A stretch of 62,897 nt of DNA, filler included. It is 3 parts of 3 records of this genome, joined end to end, with 100 filler letters (N's around TTAATTAATTAA, not from the genome) between each part and the next. Parts side by side here need not be neighbours in the genome. Positions count along the whole stretch, not along the records: positions 1 to 12,746 come from SRR20825019_1857; positions 12,847 to 38,061 come from SRR20825019_1859; 1 more part is not named here. One strand, given 5' to 3'. Of this stretch, positions 9,930 through 21,284 are shown one piece after another (within the stretch, counting starts at the first letter, position 1; the number at the start of each line of letters is the position of its first letter). The notes under the pieces are model-generated. The model saw only the letters and a list, made by a program, of their open reading frames with translations, ran no database searches and was not told the origin of the DNA. The translations under genes were made by a program, and so were the position numbers.

Positions 9930-11195
9930 ATGAGACGTGTCGTAATCACCGGCCTCGGTCTGGTTACGCCCCTCGGCGATGGGGTCGAACATAATTGGTC
10001 CCGACTCCTGAACAGTGAGTCCGGTATCAGGGCAATCGATACATTCGATGTTTCCGACCTGCCGGCGAAAGTTGCCGGTATTGTTCAGGAAGGCGAAGGG
10101 GGAGGCGGTCTTTTCAATCCGTCCGCCTACATGGAGCCGAAGGAACAGCGCAAGGTCGACCGTTTCATCCTTCTGGGTGTGGCTGCTGCCGATCAGGCGG
10201 TGCGCGATTCCGGATGGATGCCGCAGGATGAGGAAAGCCAGGATCGTACCGGCGTTCTCATCGGTTCCGGCATTGGCGGTCTGAGCAGCATCTCCGAGAC
10301 CGAGGATCTGATAAAGGAGCGTGGGCCGCGCCGTATCAGCCCGTTCTTCATTCCGGCTGCACTGATCAATCTTATTTCCGGCCATGTTTCCATCCGCTTC
10401 AGGTTCCGCGGTCCGAACCATGCCGTTGTCACGGCCTGCGCGACCGGCGCCCATGCTATCGGGGATGCCGCGCGTTTGATCATGCTGGATGATGCGGATG
10501 TCATGGTCGCTGGCGGCTCCGAAGCGGCTGTTAGCCGGCTCGGCATTGCCGGTTTTGCGGCGGCCCGCGCGTTATCGACGAATTTCAACGACGCTCCCGA
10601 AACGGCGTCCCGTCCGTGGGACGAAGGCCGTGACGGTTTCGTCATGGGCGAAGGTGGCGGTTGCGTCGTTCTTGAAGAATACGAGCACGCCAAACGCCGT
10701 GGCGCGAAGATCTACGCCGAAGTAACTGGCTATGGTCTTTCCGGTGACGCTAATCACATCACGGCCCCGGCCGCCGACGGCAATGGCGGTTTCCGCGCCA
10801 TGAAGGCCGCTCTGAAGCGGGCCAATCTGGCGACGGACCAGATCGATTATATCAACGCGCACGGCACCTCCACGCCGCTCGGCGATATGATCGAGCTTGG
10901 TGCCGTGAAGCGTCTGATGGGGGACGATCTGGGCGGTGCTTCCATGTCGTCGACCAAATCGGCCATCGGGCATCTGCTCGGCGCGGCGGGTGCGGTTGAA
11001 GCCATTTATTCGGTTCTGGCGATCCGCGACAGCATGCTGCCGCCGACGCTTAATCTCGAGAATCCCTCCGAGAATGTCGGGCCGGTGGATCTCGTGCCGC
11101 TCAAGGCAAGGGAGCGCAAGATTAAACACGCGCTTTCCAATTCCTTCGGATTTGGCGGCACCAACGCCTCCCTGATCTTCTCAGCCGTGGATTAA
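9930..11195 (+). CDS. fabF: Beta-ketoacyl-ACP synthase II
   Basis: MRRVVITGLG, TACATG (catalytic Cys), NAHGTST, GHLLGAAG, SNSFGFGG. The ORF track starts at GTG 9921; ATG 9930 is preferred. Confidence 0.96.
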   Translation: MRRVVITGLGLVTPLGDGVEHNWSRLLNSESGIRAIDTFDVSDLPAKVAGIVQEGEGGGGLFNPSAYMEPKEQRKVDRFILLGVAAADQAVRDSGWMPQDEESQDRTGVLIGSGIGGLSSISETEDLIKERGPRRISPFFIPAALINLISGHVSIRFRFRGPNHAVVTACATGAHAIGDAARLIMLDDADVMVAGGSEAAVSRLGIAGFAAARALSTNFNDAPETASRPWDEGRDGFVMGEGGGCVVLEEYEHAKRRGAKIYAEVTGYGLSGDANHITAPAADGNGGFRAMKAALKRANLATDQIDYINAHGTSTPLGDMIELGAVKRLMGDDLGGASMSSTKSAIGHLLGAAGAVEAIYSVLAIRDSMLPPTLNLENPSENVGPVDLVPLKARERKIKHALSNSFGFGGTNASLIFSAVD

Positions 11196-11201
11196 CGCAG
11201 C

Positions 11202-12170
11202 ATGGGCCGTGCCCTGCTGCGTGCTTTTCTTGGACTGGTCATGCTGGCTATCGCCGGTGCTGTGTGCTGCGCGTGGCTTTACGCGCAGTTCACCAGCCCG
11301 GGGCCGCTGTCCGCATCCACTGCCATTGTCATTCCCTCCGGAACGGGCCTTGAAGGCATCGCCTCGACCTTGAAGAGAGCGGGCGCAATCAGGCGCGATT
11401 ATATCTTCGTTATCGGCGCAAGAGTCTCGCAGCAGGCCCGGAACCTCAAAGCCGGGGAGTATCTGATTCCGGCCGCGTCCAGTCCGCGTCAGGTGATGGA
11501 TATCCTGGCATCCGGCAAGACCGTGGTGCGCCGGTTGACGATTCCGGAAGGGCTGACCGTCGCCGAGGTGATCGACCGGTTGAATATTGCCGAAGGGCTG
11601 ACCGGCTCCGGAGGTGAGCCGGACGAGGGGTCGCTGCTGCCGGAGACCTATCATTTTTCCTACGGCGATTCCCGGGAGGAATTGGTCAAGCGTATGCAGT
11701 CCTCGATGCGGGAGGCCGTTACCCGGTTGTGGGGAATGCGGTCTCCGGATCTACCGATAAAGACACCGGAAGAGGCCGTCATTCTGGCTTCCATCGTGGA
11801 GAGGGAAACCGGCATTCCGCAGGAACGTGGTCTGGTCGCGGGGGTGTTCGTCAACCGCTTGAAACGCGGCATGCGCCTGCAGTCCGATCCGACCGTGGCC
11901 TATGGCATTGCGCCTGGCGGTCTCGATCGGCCTTTAACACGCGCCGACCTGAAAGAGCCGACACCTTACAACACCTATGTGATCAAGGGGCTTCCGCCGA
12001 CCCCGATCGCCAATCCAGGGATTGATGCTATCCGGGCCGTGATGAACCCGGTGGAGACGGATTATATCTATTTCGTCGCCGACGGGTCTGGTGGGCATGC
12101 TTTCGCCCGGACGCTGGACGACCACAACCGGAATGTCAGGAAGTGGCGGAAACTCCAGAACGGAAACTGA
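11202..12170 (+). CDS. mltG: Endolytic transglycosylase MltG (YceG)
   Basis: N-terminal TM, TIPEG, LASIVERET, LQSDPT, YNTY, GLPPTPIANPG. Confidence 0.95.
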   Translation: MGRALLRAFLGLVMLAIAGAVCCAWLYAQFTSPGPLSASTAIVIPSGTGLEGIASTLKRAGAIRRDYIFVIGARVSQQARNLKAGEYLIPAASSPRQVMDILASGKTVVRRLTIPEGLTVAEVIDRLNIAEGLTGSGGEPDEGSLLPETYHFSYGDSREELVKRMQSSMREAVTRLWGMRSPDLPIKTPEEAVILASIVERETGIPQERGLVAGVFVNRLKRGMRLQSDPTVAYGIAPGGLDRPLTRADLKEPTPYNTYVIKGLPPTPIANPGIDAIRAVMNPVETDYIYFVADGSGGHAFARTLDDHNRNVRKWRKLQNGN

Positions 12171-12337
12171 ACGGTAAAGTGTAATCGTTGCCTGCGGTAT
12201 TGTAGCGGCGAAGCTGACATGCATGCATTTCTTACCGCTCTGACACCAGCCGATTGCACTTGCCATGGGTGGGCTATCGGATCTGAATGGGCCGCCCGCC
12301 ATACGGGTTCTCCGGCTACAGGGCCAAAGGTTTGCCG

Positions 12338-12746
12338 ATGCAGGTAAATTTCGTTGTTCACATCGTCAGTATGGTTGTCTTCGGCACCGCGATCGCGGCG
12401 ATGCTGCCTATGCTGGCCGATGTCATCTCGGGCCGGGCGGAATGGGTGGCTTTCGCCGTTTCGGCCGCTGCGATGGGGTTTTTCGGCGGCGCCTGCATTC
12501 TGGCCACCCGTGGGGAGCGGTCGAAAGCAATTTCCCTGCGGACCGCATTCCTGCTGACCGGGCTTTCCTGGTTCGTTCTGCCGCTGTTCGCGGCATTGCC
12601 CTTCCTTGATCTTGGCCTCAGTTACGCCGACGCGATCTTCGAGGCGACGTCGGGAATCACCACAACCGGGTCGACCGTGATCCAGGGGCTCGACGATCTG
12701 CCGCCGGGGATCCTGCTCTGGCGCTCCATCCTGCAATGGATCGGCG
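12338..12746 (+). CDS. trkH: Trk potassium uptake permease, N-terminal part (cut at contig end)
   Basis: FEATSGITTTGST selectivity-filter motif and LLWRSILQWIG. Confidence 0.9.
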
Positions 12747-12846
12747 NNNNNNNNNNNNNNNNNNNNNNNNNNNNNNNNNNNNNNNNNNNNTTAATTAATT
12801 AANNNNNNNNNNNNNNNNNNNNNNNNNNNNNNNNNNNNNNNNNNNN
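12747..12846. other. Artificial contig-joining spacer
   Basis: N44-TTAATTAATTAA-N44 (stops in all six frames); composition changes from bacterial to intron-rich eukaryotic across it. Confidence 0.98.
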
Positions 12847-12930
12847 CTATCCAGTTCCTCCCGGTAGCTTAGGGTGACTGCTTCATATAAACATTTTATG
12901 CCTGGGTGCATCTTATTCGTGAAACATATC

Positions 12931-15300
12931 ATGTCTCGGTTGAGCCGTGGGGATTGCGCTCGAATGGCGACAGGTTTGGGACTTGTGGCCCAAGGTGCCA
13001 TGGAGGTAGCTACGCCTAAACTTCAGCTTTTTCGTTTGCTCAATACGTTCTAGGTGTTCACGTCCCATGGACAGAAGATAGTGCGTGATACGATTCGTTC
13101 TACTGGTATGAATTGGTGATTGAGAATACTCATGTTTGTGTTAATTTTGTTGAAGGAGGACTTCCACGGGATGTAATGAACTCGTTGGGAACAGCCGGTA
13201 AATCAAATCCCTTGGCTCCCGCTGGGGCGAACCTGCCAGATCCTGTTTCAGTAGTGAAAGATGTCGCGGAAAATGTTGGTCGTGCTGCCGAGCATGCCTC
13301 TGCTTCGTTAGAGCAGTCTGCTCAGCATTTGAAGGCCACCCTTGACAAAGCCGCCGTAGACCACCGGGTCGAGAACGAACGGGAAGATATCGAGTCTGCT
13401 CCGTCAAAGGTGCAGGCCGAGGCTAGTTCGGAAACGAAAACAGCAGAATATCAACAGGTTTCCTCAACATTTGTCCACGGGGCGGCAGGCAACAACCCAA
13501 TTCCAGTCGAGGCGGTATTCACTGCAGATCAAATGGCTGAGAATATTCTGAAGCCAACCGATCGCCAGCGTACTGATGACAAGGCACAAAGACGACCCGA
13601 TGTGGTCCACCGTCGTGAGAGGAAAGAGCAGAAAGTGCCCGCAACGTCGCTCTCACGTTTCTTGGGTGAGTACCCGTGATCTATTTTGCGGCTCGGTATT
13701 CTTCTCATGCGTGATACCCCCAGGATTCGCTGCACTTGGCGCTAACCTCGCCGCCGGAACAGCTGTTGAGGCGTTGAGGCGCACTGCAGGTTTCGGCGCT
13801 ACATCGGATAGCAACTATGACAAAAGCATCGTGTCGGCTGTGCTGACTGAGAGGAATGCAGATGTGCTGGCGAAGGTAGAAGCTGTTGTAACCTGGTAGA
13901 TGTTATGGCTCTGAGCACTTTCATGCGCAGTCGCTCTGCCGCATGCGCGGAGCCGCCCTGAAGATCGGGCAAATGCTTAGTATCCAAGACGAGGCCATAA
14001 TCCCTCCCAATATTGCCAAGGCCTTGGATAGTGTTCGACAGGTGTGGTGTATATTTGAGAGAGCGGATCATGAGCTAAATTATGGTAACATTAGGGAGCG
14101 GACATGATGCCCAAGAAGCAACTACAGCAGCAGATGACTTCTGAACTGGGAGGGGACTGGCGCGAGAAGGTTGTGGAGTTTGACGAGGTACCGGTGGCAT
14201 CTGCTTCAATTGGACAGGTCCATCGTGGTGTTCTGCCTGGTGGTGATGTGGTGGCCATGAAGATTCAGTACCCGGGTGTAGCGGAGAGCATTGAGAGGTA
14301 CGGCCTTGAATGCATCCGACGAGTGTGATCCTCATAGCCGTGGTGCAGCGATCTAGCAAATTTGCGCCGTCTCATTACATACGCCGACGTATTGCCCCGC
14401 GGCCTTTATATTGATAACCTTATGCAAGTGGCCAAGGTCGAACTATCAATGGAGTGCGACTACAATCTTGAAGCCAAGAGCCAGATGAAGTTCAAACGTA
14501 CGCACTCCACCCAGAACAACCCTGTTTTACTGACCGCTTTGTAGAGATGCTTAGTGACGAGCCTGACTTCTACATACCTACGGTCTATGGGGATCTCTCG
14601 ACGTCTCGCCTGCTTACCACTGAGTTCGTGCATGGGGTGTCTATTGATGGCGCGTCAGACCTGGACCAGGAAACTAGGAATTGGATCGGTCGCCGGCTTC
14701 TGAAGCTATGCATCAAGGAGCTATTTGAATTTAGGTTTATGCAAACGGATCCGAACTTTGGAAACTTCTTGTTTGACGCTGATGAACGGAGAATCAATCT
14801 GATAGACTTTGGTGCCGCTCGTGACTACCCCAAACCTTTTGTGGATGACTATTTGAGAGTTGTGTATGCCTCGGCGAATGGTGACCGGGACACGCTTATC
14901 GATGCGTCTCGTCGCCTCGGCTTCCTCACTGAAGATGACAGCAAGGTGGGAATGAGGTGTTCCAATCGCTGATGTTTGTGTGCTAATCAACCCGCAGGCT
15001 ATGCTGGATGCTCATGCGGAGGCAGGCGTCGTGGTGGGAGAGCCATTTGCCAAAGATGGTATCTATGACTTTGGGAGCAGCAACATTACTCACCGACTCA
15101 ATGATCTCGGCAAGGTGATGCTGAAGCACCGCCTGACGCCTCCACCATCTGAGGCGTACTCTCTCCACCGCAAACTGGCCGGGGCGTTCTTGATTTGCAT
15201 CAAACTTAGGGCCGCGTTCCCCTGCCGTGACATCCTGGAAGATCTCGTCCACAGTTACGACTTTGGGGAGGGCGTGCAGGAGGGGGAGGTGGAGGTGTAG
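12931..15300 (+). CDS. COQ8: COQ8/ABC1 (ADCK3/4) atypical kinase, spliced
   Basis: Spliced exons give [19 protein letters not shown] (KxGQ), [47 protein letters not shown]. Introns include 13006-13053, 13106-13155, 13666-13723 and 13876-13930. Confidence 0.93.
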
Positions 15301-15549
15301 GATGAAACAGGAACTGCACCCAGAAATCCGCATGGGTCCAATCGTGTACATTTAAGCTTGCAGCTTCGACAAGGATAACCAGGGTTCAATATCCGGCGTT
15401 CCGCCAACTGATCCGGGATCACTCGCCAGCACATTTGAAATGAATACCTTTTCCCAAGGCTTCTAGCAGTAATATGATCATGCCGTATGCAGTAGTGCTC
15501 TTCCCGCAATGCAAGGGCGTATGTTCGTCAGGCAGGTCGTTGGCAATCA

Positions 15550-16213
15550 CTAAGACTGTTTGGGCGTGCCGATTCTCCTACTCGGGATTTTTGTTGATGG
15601 GCGAGCGGATGCACCCCCAAGATCAGTTTTGGAGAAATACTTCTCCATCGATGTGTACACTGGCCTCGTACTCTGACGCGCCTGTGGCTTGTTGGTCTCC
15701 TTAGGCAATGGCCTCCCCACTGCCTTGTATACTGAATCACGCACCCTTCTCAGAGCCTCCGGAGCACCTTCCTTATCTGAAAAACGATATGTCCTCTGCG
15801 CAAGATGTGTGCCTTCCTTGGGCATATAAATCCTCCGTCCAACAGTGAGACCCGCCACAAACGAGACGCTTGCGATGGGTACGGCCATAATTTCCAGCAG
15901 TGACCAGTGCGAGTGGACGACTGTAAACGTGGGTTCATCTTGGGGAATACGACCGTGCGAGGCGAGTTTTTCATTGATCTCGTCAATTCTCGCGTTGAGC
16001 TTAGCCTCTCGATATGTCTGTGCGGAAGTTAGGAGGGGCAAGGATATAAAAGCAGGAGCACTTACTCTCGATGTGTACGCTGCCCACGCGGCGGCAGCCG
16101 ACAAAACGGTTCCGGAGAGGCTGATGAACGTCTTGTGCTTTTCAAATACTTCCATAAGATGGTCTTTTCGCCGAATGAACTGCTCCCACAGAACTCGGCC
16201 GCGGTCGCCCATG
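15550..16213 (-). CDS. Hypothetical protein with two hydrophobic segments, one intron
   Basis: ORF from ATG 16213; a 48-nt stopless GTAAGT...CTAAC...CAG intron at 16018-16065; hydrophobic segments ISLSGTVLSAAAAWAAY and IMAVPIASVSFVAGLTVG. Confidence 0.6.
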
Positions 16214-16289
16214 GTGCAGCGTTTTAGAAGTGTTTTCACTGTGAAAGGCAATATTCTAGTCGGAGACTATAAAGCTGGGTGGGACCAAG

Positions 16290-17320
16290 TGTCGTGTGCC
16301 GGCAGCCGGTGGCATCATCCTCGATCCGATCTGGGCAGAGCGTGCCAGCAGCGTAGTCACTGGCCGCCCTGGCGTCCGAGAGGTGTGACTCGCCTGCGGC
16401 ATAAGTTGGTCCGGTGCGCTGGGCCGCGCCGCGGCGCCCGGCCCGGGAGCCGTCCTACCGCGGCGGCGCGCCGGCGGGCGCCGCGCCGGCCGGGCGGCTA
16501 GTTGCCGTCGCGGGGCCCGTTCAAGGCGCCGTCCGCGGCGCCCGGGACGAGCAGTGAGACGGTGCCGGTGGCGGGCGGGGCGGACTGACGGGGCCGCGGG
16601 GCGCCCCCGCGCCCGCCCGCAGGCCGCCGCCCCGTTCGTTATAACGAGCGCTGTACTGGTCTTTGCATTGATCGTCAGAAATCAATTGATTCGTGTGTCT
16701 GACAGGTCCTATTCAGACCGTTACCGCGGCCGTCCGGTCCGGTCCGGCCACACGGTCCCGGCGGCCGTGCCCTCGCGTGGCCATGGCAGGCCGGCGCCGG
16801 GCAGTCCGGTGGGCCCGCGCGTCTGTGCCGCCCTCACGGCTCCTCCGTGCTCAGGCCGGGTGCACGCATGTCGCGGCGTGGCAAATGCCGGCCCGGCCCG
16901 GGGCCGCGCCTTGGTCACGCTCAGGTTCGCCTGACCACCGCACTCCCGCTGCACCGTCGGTCCTCATCGGAGCGGGCGCTCTCGTGCCGCCGGGAGTGGC
17001 ACAGGCAGGGGAGGACACTGTTCAGAGTGGCTCGGATGCGGTGCGGCCTGGTGCGGCCGGCCCGCGGCGGCGCTCCACGGCGCGGGGGCTGCGCCAGGGC
17101 CTCGCCGGCCCGTCAGCTCGCCTCAGCGGCCAGGCCCGCACGGATCCGACCCCCCGCTGGGCGGCCGCAATCGTAGAGTCGCCCCCCCCACTGACTCGGG
17201 CACCGGCGCGGCGATCAGAACTGAGAACGCTCAACTGAACTGAAGCGACGCCCGGCGCGTGCAGGCCCCGGCATGCCGAGGGTGAGCCCGCACGCTCCCG
17301 CCAACAATGGAGCGCCAGCA
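16290..17320. promoter_or_regulatory. GC-rich intergenic island (divergent promoter region)
   Basis: Very high GC with CCGG/GGCC runs and an AT-rich core at ~16636-16725; lies between two divergent starts. Confidence 0.6.
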
Positions 17321-17436
17321 CTCCTGAGAGACCTTACCTATCACAGCCCGACCGTTTCGCAACACAGGAAATAAGTACGTTTCCTCTAAATGTACAGTGG
17401 AACTAGTATCACGCAACTTGAAACTCCTTGGGGCGC

Positions 17437-19707
17437 ATGCCGCGCAGAACTCTTATTCCCGTGGTGGTGTCTAGTAACTCTATCGGGAGCCCTCTGGAGG
17501 TCCAAGGAGCGAACACCGGCTCACGGGAAAGGATGCGCCGCCAGGGAACTCTGTCGAACGAGTCCAGCCTTCGCGCGCTTTCTGGTCCCGAAGAGTCAGG
17601 CCTTGTCGTGACGGTGCCCAGCCCTGCCAGAAAGGACAGCAGGGTTACGATTCTGGATATTGCGACCGAGAGTACCTCCCATACTCCTCCCGTTCGTCGT
17701 ATGAGCACGGCTGGATCGGGAATTGGTACACCAGGTAGCGGCAAATGGGATGTCATCCCGTCCCCGCTGTTGGGGGCAACACTTGCTCGTTCTGAGAACA
17801 AAGAAAATGGTGTGCACGAACTGCAGAGTTTGGATGCGTCGCAGTCTGGTCAGGTCACGAGGGAGTCCAGAAAGCTCTTCGCGAATGAGAGGAAGTTCAT
17901 GAGTAACCTTCAAGTCACAAACCGCAAGTACATTGACGACTTGATTGAGTTTCATCTTTCCAAGACGAAGACTGGAAATGTAACTTTGGACAAAAGGTTG
18001 ATGGAGGATTTGCAGACATCAAACAGAAAATATCTTAAGGTCAAGGGTGAACTTGAGGAATGTTGCACCGTATTTACGTACTTGGAGGGTAAGATGTTTG
18101 GTCTTCAAGTGTATTGCTCTTCTTAAATGCGATTTGCAGACAAGCATGCCCATATTACATCAAATGTAAATACGGTGAGAGCGCGGATGGCGGGTCAGGC
18201 TGAGCTGGACCAACGTCGATATGAGAAGGGCTTGAAGAATCCGAGGTATTCAGGGTATGATCTTGTTTTTGATCTAAAGTGACTGACTGCATCACAAGCA
18301 AACTCACAATGGAATTGGAGAAGGAGTTGTCTGAACTTACAACGCAGTACGAAACACTAGACACTGATCTTAAACGGGCGAGATTGCGTTGGAACTACTC
18401 CAAGAGCCGCCTGGATGAAGTCTTTTCCCTAGAAAGAGAAGTTTTTATACGTTTGTCGCGTTCTATCAGTGATTCGGATTCTGGAAAGGGGTATGGCGGA
18501 CGTTACACTACATTGATATTTGATCGGGACTAACGTTGGTTGCGCAGGAACACACTTCAATTCGCATCGGAGATGGAAAAAACCAACATTTATAACCTCC
18601 TAGAGACCTGGAAGCGCTCTGTCCAACAGTTAGAGCGTAAGTGCTTGGGACTCAGCGATGTGAATTCTGAAATCTTCTCAACAGTTGAGAAAACGATTTC
18701 GGGGTCACTATCAGACGAAATTTCGGATCTCAAGGCGAGGCTAAGTCGTAGCGAGAATCGGGTATGGTGCAGATTAAGAGATGTCACCAAGAGCCTAAAT
18801 GTTATTTCAGTTGGTGGAAGTTCAGCTTGAGAATGAAAAAATGAAGGAGATAGAGGGGCAGCGCCGGTCTCAGGTGGAGTGCTTAGAGGCACAACTCATT
18901 GAGGCGAAGGGGGCCTATCAAGGAGTAGACAATTCCGAGTATATTGTAAGCTGGGACTTGTATTCCTACGATTTCAAAGTCTAATATGTCTGCAGCTCAA
19001 AACCACATCTGCAGCTGTGGACAGTGCCAACGATCGCTATGCGAAGGCTGTTCATGAATTGAGAAGAGTGCAGACTGAGTTAGCTGCTACGCGAGGGAGG
19101 ATTGCTGAGGAAGAGGTACGCTCCAAACCCAGTGCACTTGTGTATCGACTGACGTGCCGGACGATATCACAGCACAAGGCATTGTTGGCGATCGATGAGT
19201 CTAGGGAAGCTAATGAGAGGTATGTCATCCCCCACGATATACCACCATCACCAATCTCAAAAGTTTTGCAATGCGCAATGCGCAATGCTGTGCTTTTTTT
19301 GAGCGCATGAAACTGAAACATCTACTCAGGCATAGCAAGGCACTCGGTCTGGTGGAGGAGTACGAAAAGGAAAACCAGTTCCTTGTGGAAAAAGTGGAGA
19401 GCTTGAAGCGCTCGACCAACGAGATGGCGAAAGAGATCGTCAGGTCTGCGATCATTGCTGTGATCATATGTGACCCTTGCTAACCTTCGCGTCCAGGCTT
19501 GAGCGGAAAGGATCACGGGGTCGGCATGTGGCGCACAGGCTGACTGAGGACTCCAAATCACAGCCGAGAGTCATGGTGGTTGAACCTCGCCCGGACCGCA
19601 CTCCCAAGTGCTCCGTTCTTGCCGGGACCATAGTCTCAATCCTTGCGTTCGCTCTGGGGTTATTTATAGGGCATGGGCGGTCGTGCATGTTGGGCATGTA
19701 TCGGTGA
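17437..19707 (+). CDS. Coiled-coil protein with a C-terminal TM (tail-anchored), spliced
   Basis: Exons join through short GT-AG introns (e.g. ~18089-18139, ~18246-18298). S/T-rich N-terminus, heptad-rich middle, terminal TM VLAGTIVSILAFALGLFIG. Confidence 0.65.
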
Positions 19708-20272
19708 AGAAAGCCCGCGGAAGTCGAAGTCGCAGGGGCGCCGAGGGCCCGTCCTCAGTGAATGACAGTGACCCATCGACTGAGGACCGCTGAAGCCTTC
19801 CTGAGGGGAGTACGGCACTGACGGGTCGTGCCGGCAGGATCCCGGGCCGCAGTGACCGGACACCGCACTGGCAGTCAGTGAGTGACCGATGCCCGCCGCC
19901 TCTCTAAAAATATGACGGGCGGCGGGATCGGCACGTACGCCACGCACTCACCGCCCCGCCCGGGAGGGCCCGGCCGGAGGCGAGGCCGGTCAGGGGTGCC
20001 GCGAGCGGGCGTGGGCGGCCGGGCCGCGCCGGCGTGGTGCGCCAGCGGCGAGGCCGGCCCGGCCGCTCCGGCCGCCGCCACGCCGGGGCCGGTCCGGTCG
20101 GCCTCGGCGTTATGGCCGGCCGGTCAGCTGTGCGGCCCGCCGCCTCGCCGACGCTCGGGCTCACCCCGTGTGCGCTCAGGTGGCGGTCATGGGTCCGTGT
20201 CACCTCTGACCTAAGAGGAATAAATAGGGATCTATTCTTCTCAAACTTGGCTTCACCGGTATTGATGTCAGT

Positions 20273-21166
20273 ATGTCCTCCTTAAAGATTCCTCGAGTGA
20301 TTGTCTTTGACCTGGGTAAAGCAGTATTCTTGCCTAGTCGCCTTGTGTGGTGCCGTGTATTCACCAGTGCTAACAGATAATTGTTGTTGGAATCCTGAAA
20401 TGTATCAAATGTACCATGGACCGCCCTTCAAGTACAACGGGGACGAGAACGTGTGTGTGGTAAGCTGGTTCGAGAGTAGTGCGTTATTCTTTGGAGTGCT
20501 AACCTTAAACAGGCCAAGGACGGGGAGGAGGTTCATTTGTGCGGGAACGTGGCTCAGGTCTGGGGTGCAATTCGTAACAAGGGCAAAGTTACCCTTGGTA
20601 AGGCGAAAAGACACGTCAAAATGAGTATTGGGACAAACCTAAGATGCTCTTGATTAGGTGAATTCATCACGACGACAACTGGGAAGCAAGCAGAATCTTT
20701 GGGCCATGGGTTCAGTCAAGTCAAGGATATTGTCTTTGATCCTTCGAGAACGAAAATCGCGGTACTCCTGCAAATTGACTTAACGATAGTTAGTTACGAT
20801 GGCTAATGTTTGTATGTGTTGGTTCAGATTGCTTCGTGCTGCGACGAGCCCTCGTGGGCGAACGAGATCCTGGGCAAGTTCCGCTTGGTCGAGGTCCCCA
20901 GTGCTGGCGGGAAGTGGAGCTATGGCGAGACTATGGCCAAGGCAGTGTCTTACAAGTATATCCACTATGGAGGCAAACGGCAACACCACCAGGAAATCAA
21001 GCAGAGTTCGGGCGCAGACTATTCCGATATGATCTTTTTCGACGACCAGCCAGGTCACATCCGCGATGTTGGTGGGCTTGGTGTCACTGCCGTGCAGACT
21101 CCAGGAGGTGATGGGGTGACTTGGGAAAGATTCGTTGAGGCTTTGGTCAGGTTCCAGAAGAGTTAG
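20273..21166 (+). CDS. MDP1: Magnesium-dependent phosphatase 1 (HAD superfamily), spliced
   Basis: Spliced PRVIVFDLDNCCW (DxD motif I), ASCCDEPSWA, KRQHH, MIFFDD (motif IV), LGVTAVQTP..GVT. Confidence 0.8.
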
Positions 21167-21284
21167 GTACATTTTATCCAGCAAAAACGGTGGTCGCCTT
21201 GTCAGGCCGGATGGTTATTAGCGTGTCATCGGTACTGCCTAGATGTATGGTGAGGCACGAGCAGGTCGGACGAGGTTCGCACGC

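Noticed and set aside
84-12736. Long antisense or alternate-frame ORFs over the bacterial genes (e.g. 286-1197, 3207-4667, 4868-5845, 5515-6570, 8594-9349)
   Set aside because: They are shadows of high-GC coding sequence that overlap well-identified genes and carry no family motifs.
12747-12846. Bacterium-to-eukaryote junction as horizontal transfer, and TTAATTAATTAA as a biological motif
   Set aside because: It is a fixed-length synthetic spacer, repeated identically at 38062-38161.
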